Notes: generated from the letters alone by a model not told the origin. 64,000 nucleotides of DNA from Candidatus Latescibacterota bacterium (GCA_965222075.1 OZ244937.1:4128001-4192000); one strand, 5' to 3'. Counted from the first letter of the stretch, positions 1 to 10,620 are shown. Program-made: numbers and translations.

Positions 1-1
1 C

Positions 2-550
2 GACGTTTTCACCCAGGCCATCTTCGGCCTGAAAGGAAAACCCCAGAACGTCTTCGGCAAAACCAAAGCCGCCATCTACAAGAGCGAGGAACTCTACAAC
101 ATTATGATGGCCCTGGGCATCGAAGACGGCATTGAAAACCTCCGGTTCAACCGGGTGGTTATCGCCACGGACGCGGATCACGACGGCTTTCACATCCGCA
201 ACCTGCTTCTTACCTTCTTCCTCAGTTACTTCGAAGACCTGGTCGTTGCAGGCCATGTCTACATCCTCGAAACCCCCCTCTTCCGGGTGCGCAACGGCAA
301 AGCGCTTCACTACTGTTACAGCGCAAAAGAGCGCGATCGGGTGCTCAAAGAGGTCAACAACCCGGAAATCACCCGCTTTAAAGGCCTGGGCGAAATCTCA
401 CCGAATGAATTCGGGCAGTTCATCGGCGATGACATCCGCCTGGTCAAAGTCAACGTCCAGTCCATTGTCCGGGTCCCCAACACCCTCGAATTTTATATGG
501 GCAAAAACACTCCTGACAGACGAGAATACATCATGGAGAACCTGATCTAA
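2..550 (+). CDS. parE: DNA topoisomerase IV subunit B (ParE/GyrB family), 5'-partial
   Basis: Toprim motif ATDADHDG, KGKPQN and RFKGLGE; translationally coupled to a ParC-like gene; frame open from window start. Confidence 0.85.
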   Translation, partial: DVFTQAIFGLKGKPQNVFGKTKAAIYKSEELYNIMMALGIEDGIENLRFNRVVIATDADHDGFHIRNLLLTFFLSYFEDLVVAGHVYILETPLFRVRNGKALHYCYSAKERDRVLKEVNNPEITRFKGLGEISPNEFGQFIGDDIRLVKVNVQSIVRVPNTLEFYMGKNTPDRREYIMENLI

Positions 551-2439
551 TGGCTTACGTAGACGCGCTGTACGACAGAAACTTCCTCGAATACGCCTCC
601 TACGTCATCAAAGACCGGGCCATCCCCGACATCAACGACGGCCTCAAACCGGTTCAGCGCCGCCTCCTCCATGCGCTCTTTGAACTGGACGACGGCAAAT
701 ACCACAAGGTCGCCAATGCCGTGGGCCACACCATGAAATACCACCCCCACGGCGACCTCTCCATCTACGACGCCCTGGTGGTCCTGGCCAACAAGGAGCT
801 GTTCATCGACAAACAGGGGAACTTCGGCAACATCTTCACCGGAGACGAGGCCTCCGCCGCCAGGTACATCGAATGCCGCCTCACCCCCCTGGCTAAAGAG
901 GTGCTTTACAACCCTGAAATCACCGAATACGAAGACTCCTACGACGGCAGGGCCAAAGAGCCTGTCGCCTTCCCGGCCAAAATCCCCGTCCTGCTCGCCC
1001 TGGGTACCGAAGGCATTGCCGTGGGCATGTCCACACGCATATTGCCGCACAACCTGATCGAACTGCTTAAAGCCCAGGTGGCCTGCCTGCGCCGCAGGAA
1101 ATTTCAGGTCTTTCCCGACTTCCCCACGGGCGGCCAGGTTGATGTGGCCGAATACAACGACGGAAACGGCAGGGTCCTGGTCCGGGCCAAACTCGACACC
1201 AAAGACCCCAAACGCATCCTCATCCGCGAACTCCCCTACGGATTGACCACCGAAAGCCTGATCGCCTCCATCGAAGACGCAGCCAAAAAGAACAAACTCA
1301 AAATCGCCGGCATCAGCGACTACACTGCCGAAAACGTCGAAATCGAAGTCCGACTCGCCAGGGGCATCAAATCCAAAGACACGGTTGATGCGCTCTATGC
1401 TTTCACCGACTGCGAATCCTCGATCTCGACCAGCCTGGTGGTCATCAAGGACAACAGGCCGCATATCATGTCGGTCACCGACGTTGTCAAATACAACACC
1501 AACCGCCTGCTCGACATCCTCAAAGCGGAATTGAAAATCGAAGAGGGCCAGCTGCGGGCGAAGCTCCATGCCAAAACCCTCGAACAGATCTTTATCGAAA
1601 ACCGCATCTACAAACAGATCGAAACCGTGTCTTCGCCCGAAAAAGTCTCCAAAGTGGTCCTCGATGGCCTGAAACCGTTCAAAACCAGAATCAAAAAACA
1701 AATTACCCCAGAGAACATCGACACCCTGCTGAAAATCCCCATCCGGCGAATCTCGCTCTACGACATCAACAGAGGAAAAAAAGAGGTGCAGGAAATCTGC
1801 AAACGACTGAGGGAAATCAAGGCCAACCTGTCCAACCTGAAGGCTTACGCGGTCACTTTCCTCCAGAATCTCATCAAAAAGTACCAGAAGGATTATCCCC
1901 GCAAGACAGAACTTGTCTCCATCGAACAGGTCGACGCCCGCGATGCAGCGCAGCGCAACCTCAAGCTGTGCTACGACAAGAGAACCGGCTACCTCGGCCA
2001 CCAGGTCAACGGCGTGGCCCTCTTCGACGTCTCCCCCTACGACCGCGTCCTGGCCATCCGCAAAACCGGCGCCTACTCAGTACATGATGCGCCCGAAAAA
2101 CTCTTCGTGGACAGGGGTATGCTCTTCTGTGGATTCGTTGACGAAGAGCGCGTCTACACCATCGTCTACAGGGAAAACAAGACCGGCCACCCCTATATCA
2201 AACGGTGCTGCATCGACAAATTCATCCTCAACAGGGGCTACAACCTGGTTCCCGACGGCTGCCGGGCCTTGAAACTCACCATCAACTCCGCCCGGAAAAT
2301 CGCCCTTGACTACAAACCCAAACCCAGGCTGCGCGTCCTCCAGGAGGCATTCTCCATAAAGGACTACCCCATTCGAGGCAACAAGGCCAAAGGCATCCGT
2401 CTGTCCACAAGGGAGGTCAAAAGCGCAAGGTTTGCCTGA
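550..2439 (+). CDS. parC: DNA topoisomerase IV subunit A
   Basis: DRAIPDINDGLKPVQRR, YHPHGD and catalytic AARYIE motifs; 629 aa with short C-terminal domain. Confidence 0.85.
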   Translation: MAYVDALYDRNFLEYASYVIKDRAIPDINDGLKPVQRRLLHALFELDDGKYHKVANAVGHTMKYHPHGDLSIYDALVVLANKELFIDKQGNFGNIFTGDEASAARYIECRLTPLAKEVLYNPEITEYEDSYDGRAKEPVAFPAKIPVLLALGTEGIAVGMSTRILPHNLIELLKAQVACLRRRKFQVFPDFPTGGQVDVAEYNDGNGRVLVRAKLDTKDPKRILIRELPYGLTTESLIASIEDAAKKNKLKIAGISDYTAENVEIEVRLARGIKSKDTVDALYAFTDCESSISTSLVVIKDNRPHIMSVTDVVKYNTNRLLDILKAELKIEEGQLRAKLHAKTLEQIFIENRIYKQIETVSSPEKVSKVVLDGLKPFKTRIKKQITPENIDTLLKIPIRRISLYDINRGKKEVQEICKRLREIKANLSNLKAYAVTFLQNLIKKYQKDYPRKTELVSIEQVDARDAAQRNLKLCYDKRTGYLGHQVNGVALFDVSPYDRVLAIRKTGAYSVHDAPEKLFVDRGMLFCGFVDEERVYTIVYRENKTGHPYIKRCCIDKFILNRGYNLVPDGCRALKLTINSARKIALDYKPKPRLRVLQEAFSIKDYPIRGNKAKGIRLSTREVKSARFA

Positions 2440-2440
2440 G

Positions 2441-2550
2441 GGCCCTCATTCCCCACCCACCTGTTGTTGCGCCAGCTCGCAACCCATCGCCCTCACCTGG
2501 TCGCGACCCACCGACCTCCTTCTCCCGCATGGGGGAGAAGGAGAGCCCTG
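2441..2550. repeat. REP-like GC-rich palindrome (CCCTCA...CTTCTCCC...GGGAGAAGG family)
   Basis: Hairpin ctccttctccc/gggagaaggag after the parC stop; similar ccctcaccc...ccttccc...ggg motifs at ~7194, ~55727 and ~63623. Confidence 0.45.
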
Positions 2551-2575
2551 GGAGAGCGTGCATGCTCCACCACTT

Positions 2576-2604
2576 TTGACTTGACGAACCAAATTTGCTA
2601 TATT
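2576..2604 (+). promoter_or_regulatory. sigma70-type promoter
   Basis: TTGACT-17 bp-TATATT with an extended TG, upstream of the MOSC gene. Confidence 0.6.
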
Positions 2605-2684
2605 AGTTGGCGGCAACTCAGGGAAGGGATGTGGGAACAAACCCTGAGCCCCAAGCCCCTGATCTCATATTCAAGGAGCAACCC

Positions 2685-3137
2685 ATGGGAACCCTGCTTG
2701 GAATCGCGATCCGGGACGCATCCCGGGCGCCAATGCAGGTCATCCAGGAAGTCGTTATAACGCCCGAAGATGGCCTGCACGGAGACTACCGGGGCAGCGT
2801 TGCCCACCGGCAGGTCACCGTGCTGGTCCGGGAAAGCTGGGAAGCCGCCTGTGCGCAACTGGGGGTTGACCTGCCCTGGACCCTGCGGCGGGCGAACCTG
2901 CTCATAGAAGGCTTCCCCCTCGCCGACAGCGCGGAGACGCACCTGCGAATCGACAGCGTTATCTTTGAGGTCACCGGAGAAACCGTGCCCTGCTTCCGGA
3001 TGGAGGAGGCCCACCCGGGCCTCCAGAACGCCCTGGCCCCCTCCTGGCGCGGCGGGGTCACCTGCCGCGTCGTGGAAGGGGGCGCGATAAAGGTAGGCGA
3101 TCCGGTCCTGGCCGAACAGGTCGAACGCAGCCGCTGA
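2685..3137 (+). CDS. MOSC domain protein
   Basis: GLHGD, RQVT, RRANLLIEG, PCFRME and WRGGVTCRV motifs; AAGGAG RBS before ATG 2685. Confidence 0.8.
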   Translation: MGTLLGIAIRDASRAPMQVIQEVVITPEDGLHGDYRGSVAHRQVTVLVRESWEAACAQLGVDLPWTLRRANLLIEGFPLADSAETHLRIDSVIFEVTGETVPCFRMEEAHPGLQNALAPSWRGGVTCRVVEGGAIKVGDPVLAEQVERSR

Positions 3138-3160
3138 TCTTTCTGCAAACCGTAAATAAC

Positions 3161-3194
3161 AAAAACCGCCGCGGTTCGTGCGGCGTTTTTATTT
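3161..3194 (+). terminator. Probable intrinsic terminator
   Basis: aaaaaccgccgc...gcggcgttttt hairpin with A/T tracts, after the MOSC stop. Confidence 0.55.
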
Positions 3195-3300
3195 ACGCGT
3201 GAGGGCCGCGTTCCCGGATGATCTTGAGCGCCAGCGCAGGCTCGATGCTGCGGTGGCCGGGCAGGTCGAAACCGGCCACCGCGCTGCGCGCATGCCGGCA
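3193..3300 (-). pseudogene. Possible C-terminal remnant of a RidA/YjgF-family gene
   Basis: Minus-strand reading RHARSAVAGFDLPGHRSIE resembles the Rid HARSAVG..LP motif; no start found. Confidence 0.3.
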
Positions 3301-3437
3301 GGATTGGCTCCGCCTTTTTGGGACCAAGTTGGCTCCGGCTGTGAACTGTGGAGGATAGACACTGAGGCCATTTCGAAGCCTTCTGGTATACCCGGGGCAT
3401 TGTCGCCAGAGCCTTCCACAGGGCCAAATTTAAAATT

Positions 3438-4931
3438 TTGAAAAATTCATACTTCCTCTTTTTGATCTCACTCCGTCTTTTTGTTCCGTGCGTCTCAGCA
3501 GCCCACGCAGAACAGGCTCGGATTCCCGTCATCCGCGACATCGCCATCCGGGGCAACACCCGCACGCGTACGGAGGTCATTCGCCGCGAACTCCTGTTTG
3601 CACCGGGCGACCACCTCGATTCCAGCCTCGTTTCGGAGACGGCCCGCAACCTGCGCCGGTTCCTCTTTCTGGGCAAGGTAGACATCCACATCCGAAAAAA
3701 AGACGGAACCGCCGATATCCTCGTCGAAGTCAACGATCTCTATGCCCGGGCCCTCTCCCCCCTGCTCTCCGGCGAAGCCGGTGAACTCAACTACGGTCTT
3801 GTTGCGCTTGATTACAACTTTTTGGGCCGCGGCCAGGAGGTTCAGCTCACCGTGGAACACGACGCCATCTCCGGCAACAGCGCCTCTGTCTACTATCGGA
3901 TGCCCAGGCTGCTGGGCTCGCGCCATGCCCTCACGACCAGGCTGGGCGGCGGCCAGGAGGGCCACGACGTACAGCTTGCCTTTTCCCGGCCCCTGCACGC
4001 CCTCTCGGCTCGCCGGGCCTATGGGGTCTCCTTCTTCATCCAGGAGCAGGTCCACCGCCTCTACGCAAATCAGGTCCTCTCCGACCGGTACACCCAACAG
4101 GTGGGAGGCGGTGCACTGTGGCTCACCCGCTCTTTCGGGAACCGGATCAAATACCGGCCCAATGTCCACCTTAGCCTGACCGACCGCCGGTTCGCCCCGG
4201 ACCCCGGGTACACGTATGCCCCCCAGAACCGCCGGCGCGTCCTGCCCAGCCTGGGCTTCACCGTCTGGAGGCCCCGCTACGAAAAGGCGCGGTTCATCTA
4301 CGCCCTGGGCCGCACCGAAGACCTGCAGACCGGAAGCTGGCTCTCCGTTCGCGCGGGCCTCTCCCACAAAGGCCTCGGTTCCGACCAGAACTTCCGCACC
4401 TTCCAGGCGCAGCTCTCCCCCCGTTTTAAACCGCACGAAAACGCCTACACCTTCACCACCCTCTTCCTTGGCGCCCGGCGCCGCCAGAGCGGCTATTTTC
4501 ACCTCTTTTCCGTAGCCGAACTGCTTACGTACATACAACTCAGAGGCATCCACACCCTGGCCCTGCGCCTCCGCTGGGACGCTCTTGGCCGGCCCGAAGA
4601 CGCCTCTCAACTCCTCCTGGGCGTAAACCGGGGCCTGCGCGGGTACGCGCCCCGCCGTTTCGACGGCACCCGCCGCGTCCTCCTCAACCTCGAAGCCCGC
4701 CCCACCTTCTACCGCCATCCCGCCTTCGTAATCGCCGGTGCCCTCTTCATTGACGGCGGCGCAGCCTGGACGCCCGGCCTCACCCCCTCTTCACTCAACT
4801 TCGCTTCGGGAATCGGCGCCCGTCTGGGCCTCCCGCAGGTCTACAACACCCTGATTCTGCGCGCCGACCTCTCCTACGCCTTCCAGGACAAAGCCTGGCA
4901 GGTCTCCGTGGGCATCGGCCAGTACTTTTAG
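3438..4931 (+). CDS. BamA/TamA (Omp85) family outer-membrane protein with POTRA domain
   Basis: Signal-like N-terminus, GNTRTRTEVIRREL POTRA, LRGY motif, C-terminal GQYF. Confidence 0.8.
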   Translation: MKNSYFLFLISLRLFVPCVSAAHAEQARIPVIRDIAIRGNTRTRTEVIRRELLFAPGDHLDSSLVSETARNLRRFLFLGKVDIHIRKKDGTADILVEVNDLYARALSPLLSGEAGELNYGLVALDYNFLGRGQEVQLTVEHDAISGNSASVYYRMPRLLGSRHALTTRLGGGQEGHDVQLAFSRPLHALSARRAYGVSFFIQEQVHRLYANQVLSDRYTQQVGGGALWLTRSFGNRIKYRPNVHLSLTDRRFAPDPGYTYAPQNRRRVLPSLGFTVWRPRYEKARFIYALGRTEDLQTGSWLSVRAGLSHKGLGSDQNFRTFQAQLSPRFKPHENAYTFTTLFLGARRRQSGYFHLFSVAELLTYIQLRGIHTLALRLRWDALGRPEDASQLLLGVNRGLRGYAPRRFDGTRRVLLNLEARPTFYRHPAFVIAGALFIDGGAAWTPGLTPSSLNFASGIGARLGLPQVYNTLILRADLSYAFQDKAWQVSVGIGQYF

Positions 4932-4953
4932 GGCATTATATATTTATTCGAAT

Positions 4954-5115
4954 TTGGACCGCGACGTGAATGCTGCACGCAACGTTTTTTTAGGGGATTA
5001 TCTTCCGGTTCCCACCATTCCATTTTTTGGCTTTTGGCCTTTTTCTTGTTCGCCCAAGAAAAAGCCCCTTCCCCCCGCCCCGAAGGCGGTGGAGGCGAGA
5101 GGGGTGAGAGGGCGT
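4954..5115 (+). pseudogene. IS200/IS605 TnpB C-terminal remnant and right-end-like hairpin
   Basis: LDRDVNAARNV matches the TnpB RuvC-III motif; followed by an aagcccc...gggg GC stem; rest of gene absent. Confidence 0.5.
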
Positions 5116-5200
5116 GTAGGGATTACAGCACAAGTCTTCAATGCTCATGATCCTCACCCTCCAGGCAAAAACAACCAAATGACGAAGGAGTAATGTATCT

Positions 5201-6259
5201 ATGCCAGTCTTTACAGCATCTGAGTTAAAGCAAGTCGTGCACGATGTGTTCTCTCGTCTGGGGGCCTCTCCAGAGGAGGTGCGCCGGCTTCAAGATCACC
5301 TGGTCGAAAGCAACCTGCTGGGCCATGACTCCCACGGGGTGTGGATCATACCGCTCTACGTCGACATGATCCGACAGCAGCACATCGTCTTGGGAGCGGA
5401 GCCAGACATCGTGATCGAGAGTTCCAGCCATGCGGTGCTCGATGGCAATTGGGGCCTGGGCCAATTGATGGGCTGGCTGGCGGCGCGCCTGGCCATTGAT
5501 AAGGCCAAGCAAGGTGCCCTGGCGGCTGTGACCCTGCGTAACTGCAGCCATTTGGGCCGTCTGGGCGAGTACAGCCAAATGATCGCCCAGCAGGGGCTCG
5601 TCGGCTTCGTGGCTGTGAACGGACAGGGGGGTGCGCAGGGGGTGGCGCCCTGGGGGGGGCTGGAGCGCCGGCTTTCTGTGAATCCGATGTCGTATGCCAT
5701 CCCCGCACCAGATGGCGTCATTATGTTAGACATATCGCCAACGGTTGTGGCATCGGGCAAGGTAGCGGTCAAAGCCCTGCGTGGCGAGCGCATACCGGAA
5801 GGTTGGATCGTGGATAGCGAGGGGCGATCGACGACGGATCCCGGTGCTTTTGACGGTCCACCGCCGGGTAGTTTGGTCCCCCTGGGTGGGCACAAAGGGT
5901 ATGGGCTGGGACTGATCGTAGACATCCTGGCCGGTGCCCTCAGTGGTGGGGGCTGCAGTCGGCCGGACGCCGAACGTTGGGGTAACGCGACATTCATGCT
6001 GGCCATCAACCCGGCAGCTTTTGGGGAACAGCGAGCATTCGAGACGGAGGTGAAAAACTTTCTGGCTTACGTCAGGTCCAGCCGAGTGGTCCCTGGATTC
6101 GAGGAGATCCTGATCCCTGGTGAACCTGAGGTCCGAGAAAAAGTACGGAGAAGCAAAGAGGGCATCTTTGTGGAGGACAGGACATGGAGCAAAATCACAG
6201 CAATTCTTGGTGAACTCAAGCAGCACAGCGGGGTAGCGGACGAAAATCGGCGCGCATAA
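5201..6259 (+). CDS. Ldh_2-family (malate/L-sulfolactate) dehydrogenase
   Basis: GHDSHG, HLGRLGEY, GGHKGYGL and PGEPE motifs. Confidence 0.85.
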   Translation: MPVFTASELKQVVHDVFSRLGASPEEVRRLQDHLVESNLLGHDSHGVWIIPLYVDMIRQQHIVLGAEPDIVIESSSHAVLDGNWGLGQLMGWLAARLAIDKAKQGALAAVTLRNCSHLGRLGEYSQMIAQQGLVGFVAVNGQGGAQGVAPWGGLERRLSVNPMSYAIPAPDGVIMLDISPTVVASGKVAVKALRGERIPEGWIVDSEGRSTTDPGAFDGPPPGSLVPLGGHKGYGLGLIVDILAGALSGGGCSRPDAERWGNATFMLAINPAAFGEQRAFETEVKNFLAYVRSSRVVPGFEEILIPGEPEVREKVRRSKEGIFVEDRTWSKITAILGELKQHSGVADENRRA

Positions 6260-6347
6260 ATCGATTGTCAACCGGAGCACCCCCGTTAAGGTCTTTCAAA
6301 AGGCCGAATTTCGCATATTTTTTAACTGCATGACAAAGGATTTCTCG

Positions 6348-7193
6348 ATGATCATCGATGTACACTCCCATGTCTGGGAATACCCGAAACACTTCGGCGA
6401 TGACTTCCTCGGTCAGGCACACCGGGCGAGGGTAGACGTGGAAATCGACTTCACCGTCTGCTACGAGGGCTACCTGGCCCAATCCCGGGAAGCGGTCCGC
6501 ACTGTCGTCTTTGGCGGCAAAGCCCGCCTCAGCGGGCTGTGGGTAGACGACCGCTACGTGGCCGACTGCGTGGCCCAACACCCCGATGCCCTCATCGGCT
6601 TCCTCTCTGTCGACCCCACCCAGGACGGCTGGGAGCGGGAACTCCGCGAGGGACACCAGGACCTCGGCCTTCGCGGCATCAAACTCCTGCCCATGTACGC
6701 CGGCTTCAACCCGAACGACCCCTTGCTCGACCCCCTCTGGGAGTATGCCCGGGAACACCGCCTGCCCGTCCTGCTGCACACCGGCACCACCTTCGTCTCC
6801 CAGGCCCCCTTAGCGTGCACCCTCCCCCGCCACATCGACCCCGTGGCGGTTCGCTTCCCCGAAGTCAAAATCGTTATGGCCCACCTCGGCCATCCCTACG
6901 AAGGCGAATGCGTCGTTGTTATCCGCAAACACCCCAACGTCTACGCCGACATCAGCGCCATCCACTACCGTCCCTTCCAGCTCTACCACAGCCTGATGCT
7001 CGTCCAGGAATACGGCGTATGGGACAAAATTCTCTTCGGCACCGACTACCCCTTCACCACCATTGACGCATCCCTCCACGGCCTCCGGAGCCTGAACAAT
7101 ATGCTCGAAGGCACCGCCCTGCCCCGTTTGGATGCCGACCAGATCGAAGCCGTCATCTACCGCGACAGCCTCAAAATCCTGGGGCTGGAATAG
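6348..7193 (+). CDS. Amidohydrolase_2 family metal-dependent hydrolase
   Basis: IDVHSH, LLHTG, MAHLGHP and FGTDYP motifs. Confidence 0.85.
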   Translation: MIIDVHSHVWEYPKHFGDDFLGQAHRARVDVEIDFTVCYEGYLAQSREAVRTVVFGGKARLSGLWVDDRYVADCVAQHPDALIGFLSVDPTQDGWERELREGHQDLGLRGIKLLPMYAGFNPNDPLLDPLWEYAREHRLPVLLHTGTTFVSQAPLACTLPRHIDPVAVRFPEVKIVMAHLGHPYEGECVVVIRKHPNVYADISAIHYRPFQLYHSLMLVQEYGVWDKILFGTDYPFTTIDASLHGLRSLNNMLEGTALPRLDADQIEAVIYRDSLKILGLE

Positions 7194-7255
7194 CCCTCAC
7201 CCCCCGGCCCCTTCCCCCCGTACCGGGCCGGGGCAAGCGGACCATGGTTATTTTT

Positions 7256-8695
7256 ATGACACAGCATGAAATCGCGCTCGGTCTGAAGACCCTCGGGTTG
7301 AAGGCAGGAGACATCGTCCTCCTCCACAGCTCGCTGTCCAGTTTGGGCCACGTGGAAGGTGGAGCCGATGCTGTTATCGATGCGTTCCTGGCCGTTCTGG
7401 GTGCTTCGGGTACGCTTGTGGCACCTACCTTTGGGGCGCTGGGGGTGATTCCGGAGACGCTCAAGCGCCGTCCGAATGCCGTTTCGAGCATTCACCCCAG
7501 AGCGAGCGTGGCCGCGATCGGCGGCGGCGCAGAGGAGATCTGTCGGGATCACTGGAAGGCGGAAACGGCCCACGGAGAAGGGACACCCTACCTCCGGATT
7601 GCCAAGATGGGGGGCTATATCTGTCTGCTGGGGGTGGATCAGGACCGGAATACAACCCTGCATTCGGTGGAGGCCCTGCTCCGTTTGCCCTATTTGGAGC
7701 CTACGGCGGAACTCACGTTCGCCACGCCGGAAGGAGAGGTCACCAGGTCCTGGCCCTTTTTTCCGGGACCGCATCGGGACTTCATCGGTCTGGATCGCAT
7801 GCTTCGAAAGCATCAGGCCATGCGGGTGGGCCGCATTGGCGATTCGGTGGTCCGTCTGATCAAGAGCCGGGATATGGTGGATGTCCTGCTGGAAATCGGC
7901 CGGGAAGACCCGGCTTTTGTTCTCTGCCACAACCCAAATTGCTCCGACTGTACACACCAGCGCGCAGCCATCCGTCGGGACCGGTTTGCCCGCGAAGCAT
8001 TCACGCTTGCCGCTTCGAGTAGCCTGGCCGGACGCTACATCCCGGAAATGGTTGAAACCTGTCAGGCAGCGGGAATCGAGGCGGTCGAACTGGATGTGCT
8101 CCAGGGCCAGCCGGCGCAGAATGTAGACCCGGACCGTCTGATGGGCGCCGTTGCCGAACTGAGGAAAAGCGGATTGGAGGTAACGGCATTGCGTATGTCT
8201 GCGATCTCAGAAGGCGTTGAGGTCTTCCTGGAGACAGCCGCGGCGTGCCGTGTGCAGCGGGTTGTGTTGCCCCTCACCCATAGTGCGGCCGGGTACGCCG
8301 GTGCGGCCAAAAAATCGGGAGTCTCGCTGTCTTTTTACAATACCGGCCTGAGCAGCGTGAAAGTCTTTGAATGGATGGCGGATCTTCGGAAGCGGGGGAT
8401 GAAAGTGGGGCTGACCTTCAATGCGGCCGGCTTTGCCCGGTCCGGAGAGAAGCCCTTTTTGGCCAGCTATCATAACAAACTGAAACGGTTCATCGATCAA
8501 CTCGACGTCGAAGACTGCACCTTTGACGGTACACCTGCGCCGCTGGCGGGCGGAAATGCCGAAATCAAGGAACTCATCTCCATCCTGCGCTGCGCCACCT
8601 TTGGCGGTTACATGGTCCTGGGGGCCGGGAACCGTTTTGGGGGACGCCTCTTGGATGCAGTGGAACGTCTTCTTGAACTCCTGGAAACCATGTAG
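7256..8695 (+). CDS. AAC(3)-family N-acetyltransferase fused to a xylose-isomerase-like TIM-barrel domain
   Basis: LLHSSLSSLGHVEGG, LLGVDQDRNTTLHSVE and a C..CxxC cluster; C-terminal ~230 aa resembles AP_endonuc_2 (LAGGNAEI). Confidence 0.65.
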   Translation: MTQHEIALGLKTLGLKAGDIVLLHSSLSSLGHVEGGADAVIDAFLAVLGASGTLVAPTFGALGVIPETLKRRPNAVSSIHPRASVAAIGGGAEEICRDHWKAETAHGEGTPYLRIAKMGGYICLLGVDQDRNTTLHSVEALLRLPYLEPTAELTFATPEGEVTRSWPFFPGPHRDFIGLDRMLRKHQAMRVGRIGDSVVRLIKSRDMVDVLLEIGREDPAFVLCHNPNCSDCTHQRAAIRRDRFAREAFTLAASSSLAGRYIPEMVETCQAAGIEAVELDVLQGQPAQNVDPDRLMGAVAELRKSGLEVTALRMSAISEGVEVFLETAAACRVQRVVLPLTHSAAGYAGAAKKSGVSLSFYNTGLSSVKVFEWMADLRKRGMKVGLTFNAAGFARSGEKPFLASYHNKLKRFIDQLDVEDCTFDGTPAPLAGGNAEIKELISILRCATFGGYMVLGAGNRFGGRLLDAVERLLELLETM

Positions 8696-8923
8696 CACAT
8701 ACCGAACGGACCCGTAACATGGCCGTATGCGACCCCATGGGAAACGCCCGGATTGTACGCCTGAACGCCAGGCTGATGCCGGTCAACCCGACCGAAATAC
8801 GGTTCGCGAATACGTGGAACAGCCTGACCTTTGGTTGACAGGGTAAGGCAGGCAATCAGACGGATACACCATCGAACGCTTTCAACCGCCCGCAGGCGCC
8901 TGAGACTGGAGAAAACAGTGCCG

Positions 8924-9691
8924 ATGACCACAAAAGACGCGCTTCGTGCATTGGGAGTGCAGGACGAAACATTAGCGCAGGAAGAGGTGGACTTTCTGGA
9001 CCGGAACGGCTACCTCGTTCTGAACAACATCATCACCCGTTCGCAGACCGAGGCGTTTATCGCCCGCCTCCAGGAACTATCGGACTCAGAAGGCGCTCAA
9101 CTCGAACGCGAGTCGGTTCCGGAAGAGGGAATGATCAAACTCTTCGACCTGGTCAACAAAGACGCCATCTTCGACCTCTGTTTTACCCACCCAAGAGTAC
9201 TTGCCGCCATGGCGCACATGCTGGACGATGACGTCAAGCTGCATTCGCTGGGAAGCCGTTCCGCCACGCCGGGACACGGCCTTCAGGGACTCCACGTTGA
9301 CTTCGGCGCAAACCTGGGTTCGGGCACCTGGGTCGGCTGCAACTCGGTGTGGCTCCTGGAAGACTTCACAGAAGAAAGCGGTGCCACGCGCCTCGTGCCG
9401 GGATCGCATCGATTCGGCAAACACCCCAAAGACGTGATGGCCGACTCAAAGCAGGTCCATCCCGACGAAATCCGGATCACCGCTCCGGCGGGAACCGTGG
9501 TGGTCTTCACCGGACACACCTGGCACGGAGGCGCCCAGAACCGCAGCAATCGAATCCGCTGGGCCATGCACGACGCATTCTGTCGGCGCGACTGTCCGCA
9601 GGACCCCGTCCTGCAGCAGATTCTATTACCCGAGGTCCGGGAGCGATTGGGAGATGCGGAGCAGGTCATTCTCGACGTTGAGAAGGGTTGA
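8924..9691 (+). CDS. Phytanoyl-CoA dioxygenase (PhyH) family protein
   Basis: LHVD, GATRLVPGSH and WHGG..N motifs. Confidence 0.85.
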   Translation: MTTKDALRALGVQDETLAQEEVDFLDRNGYLVLNNIITRSQTEAFIARLQELSDSEGAQLERESVPEEGMIKLFDLVNKDAIFDLCFTHPRVLAAMAHMLDDDVKLHSLGSRSATPGHGLQGLHVDFGANLGSGTWVGCNSVWLLEDFTEESGATRLVPGSHRFGKHPKDVMADSKQVHPDEIRITAPAGTVVVFTGHTWHGGAQNRSNRIRWAMHDAFCRRDCPQDPVLQQILLPEVRERLGDAEQVILDVEKG

Positions 9692-9768
9692 CAAACGAAA
9701 ATTCAGAACATCCTCACAAACGCCTCTTTGGAGCGGAACCCATCATGGAACAAAACTAAGGAGACACC

Positions 9769-10620
9769 ATGTCCGAACAACGCTTCATCAGCAAGCCCCT
9801 CACCGAACCCGGCGGCTTCACTTCCGGAATCGAAGGCCCCGGCTGTGATGCGGGCGGCAACCTCTATGTTGTCAACTACGCACGCGAGAGCACCATCGGC
9901 AAAGTCACCCCGGAAGGGGAATGCAGCATCTTTGTGGATCTTCCCAAAGGCAGCACCGGCAACGGCATCCGCTTCAACAGCGCCGGCGATATGCTCATTG
10001 CCGACTACACCGGTCACAATATCCTGAAAGTTGACATGCAGACCCGGGAAATCTCCGTGTATGCCCATGACCCCAACCTGAACCAGCCCAACGACATCGC
10101 CATTGGCGCCAACGACATCGTCTACGCCAGCGACCCGAACTGGCAGGACTCCACAGGCCAGATCTTCCGCGTCGGCGCTGATCGTAAATTCACCCTGCTG
10201 GAAACCGGCATGGGCACCACCAACGGCATCGAAGTCAGCCCCGGCGAAGACATCCTCTACGTTAATGAAACGGTCCAGCGCAACATCTGGGCCTACGACC
10301 TCTCGCCCGACGGCGAAATCAGCAACAAACGCCTGCTTATCCAGTTTCCCGACTTCAGCATGGACGGCATGCGTTGCGACGTGGAAGGCAACATCTACGT
10401 CACACGCCACGGCAAGGGCACCATCGCCAAACTCTCGCCCGGGGGGGACATTCTGGAAGACATCGAACTGGGAGGCAAGAGCTGCACCAACCTCGCTTTC
10501 GGCGGGCCCGACGGCCGTACCTGTTACGTCACCATCGCCGACCGCGGCAACGTGGAATCCTTCCGCACCAACTTGCCAGGCCGGAGCTGGAAGCTCTACA
10601 AAGACCGCGGGCAACGATAA
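9769..10620 (+). CDS. SMP-30/gluconolactonase family protein
   Basis: EGP, QPND, NGI, DGMRCD and TNLAFGG motifs. Confidence 0.85.
   Translation: MSEQRFISKPLTEPGGFTSGIEGPGCDAGGNLYVVNYARESTIGKVTPEGECSIFVDLPKGSTGNGIRFNSAGDMLIADYTGHNILKVDMQTREISVYAHDPNLNQPNDIAIGANDIVYASDPNWQDSTGQIFRVGADRKFTLLETGMGTTNGIEVSPGEDILYVNETVQRNIWAYDLSPDGEISNKRLLIQFPDFSMDGMRCDVEGNIYVTRHGKGTIAKLSPGGDILEDIELGGKSCTNLAFGGPDGRTCYVTIADRGNVESFRTNLPGRSWKLYKDRGQR

Noticed and set aside
547-2001. Long antisense ORFs (also 3495-4718, 54245-55537, 56791-58401, 62449-63678)
   Set aside because: Shadows of well-supported genes on the other strand, expected at high GC; no recognisable motifs.
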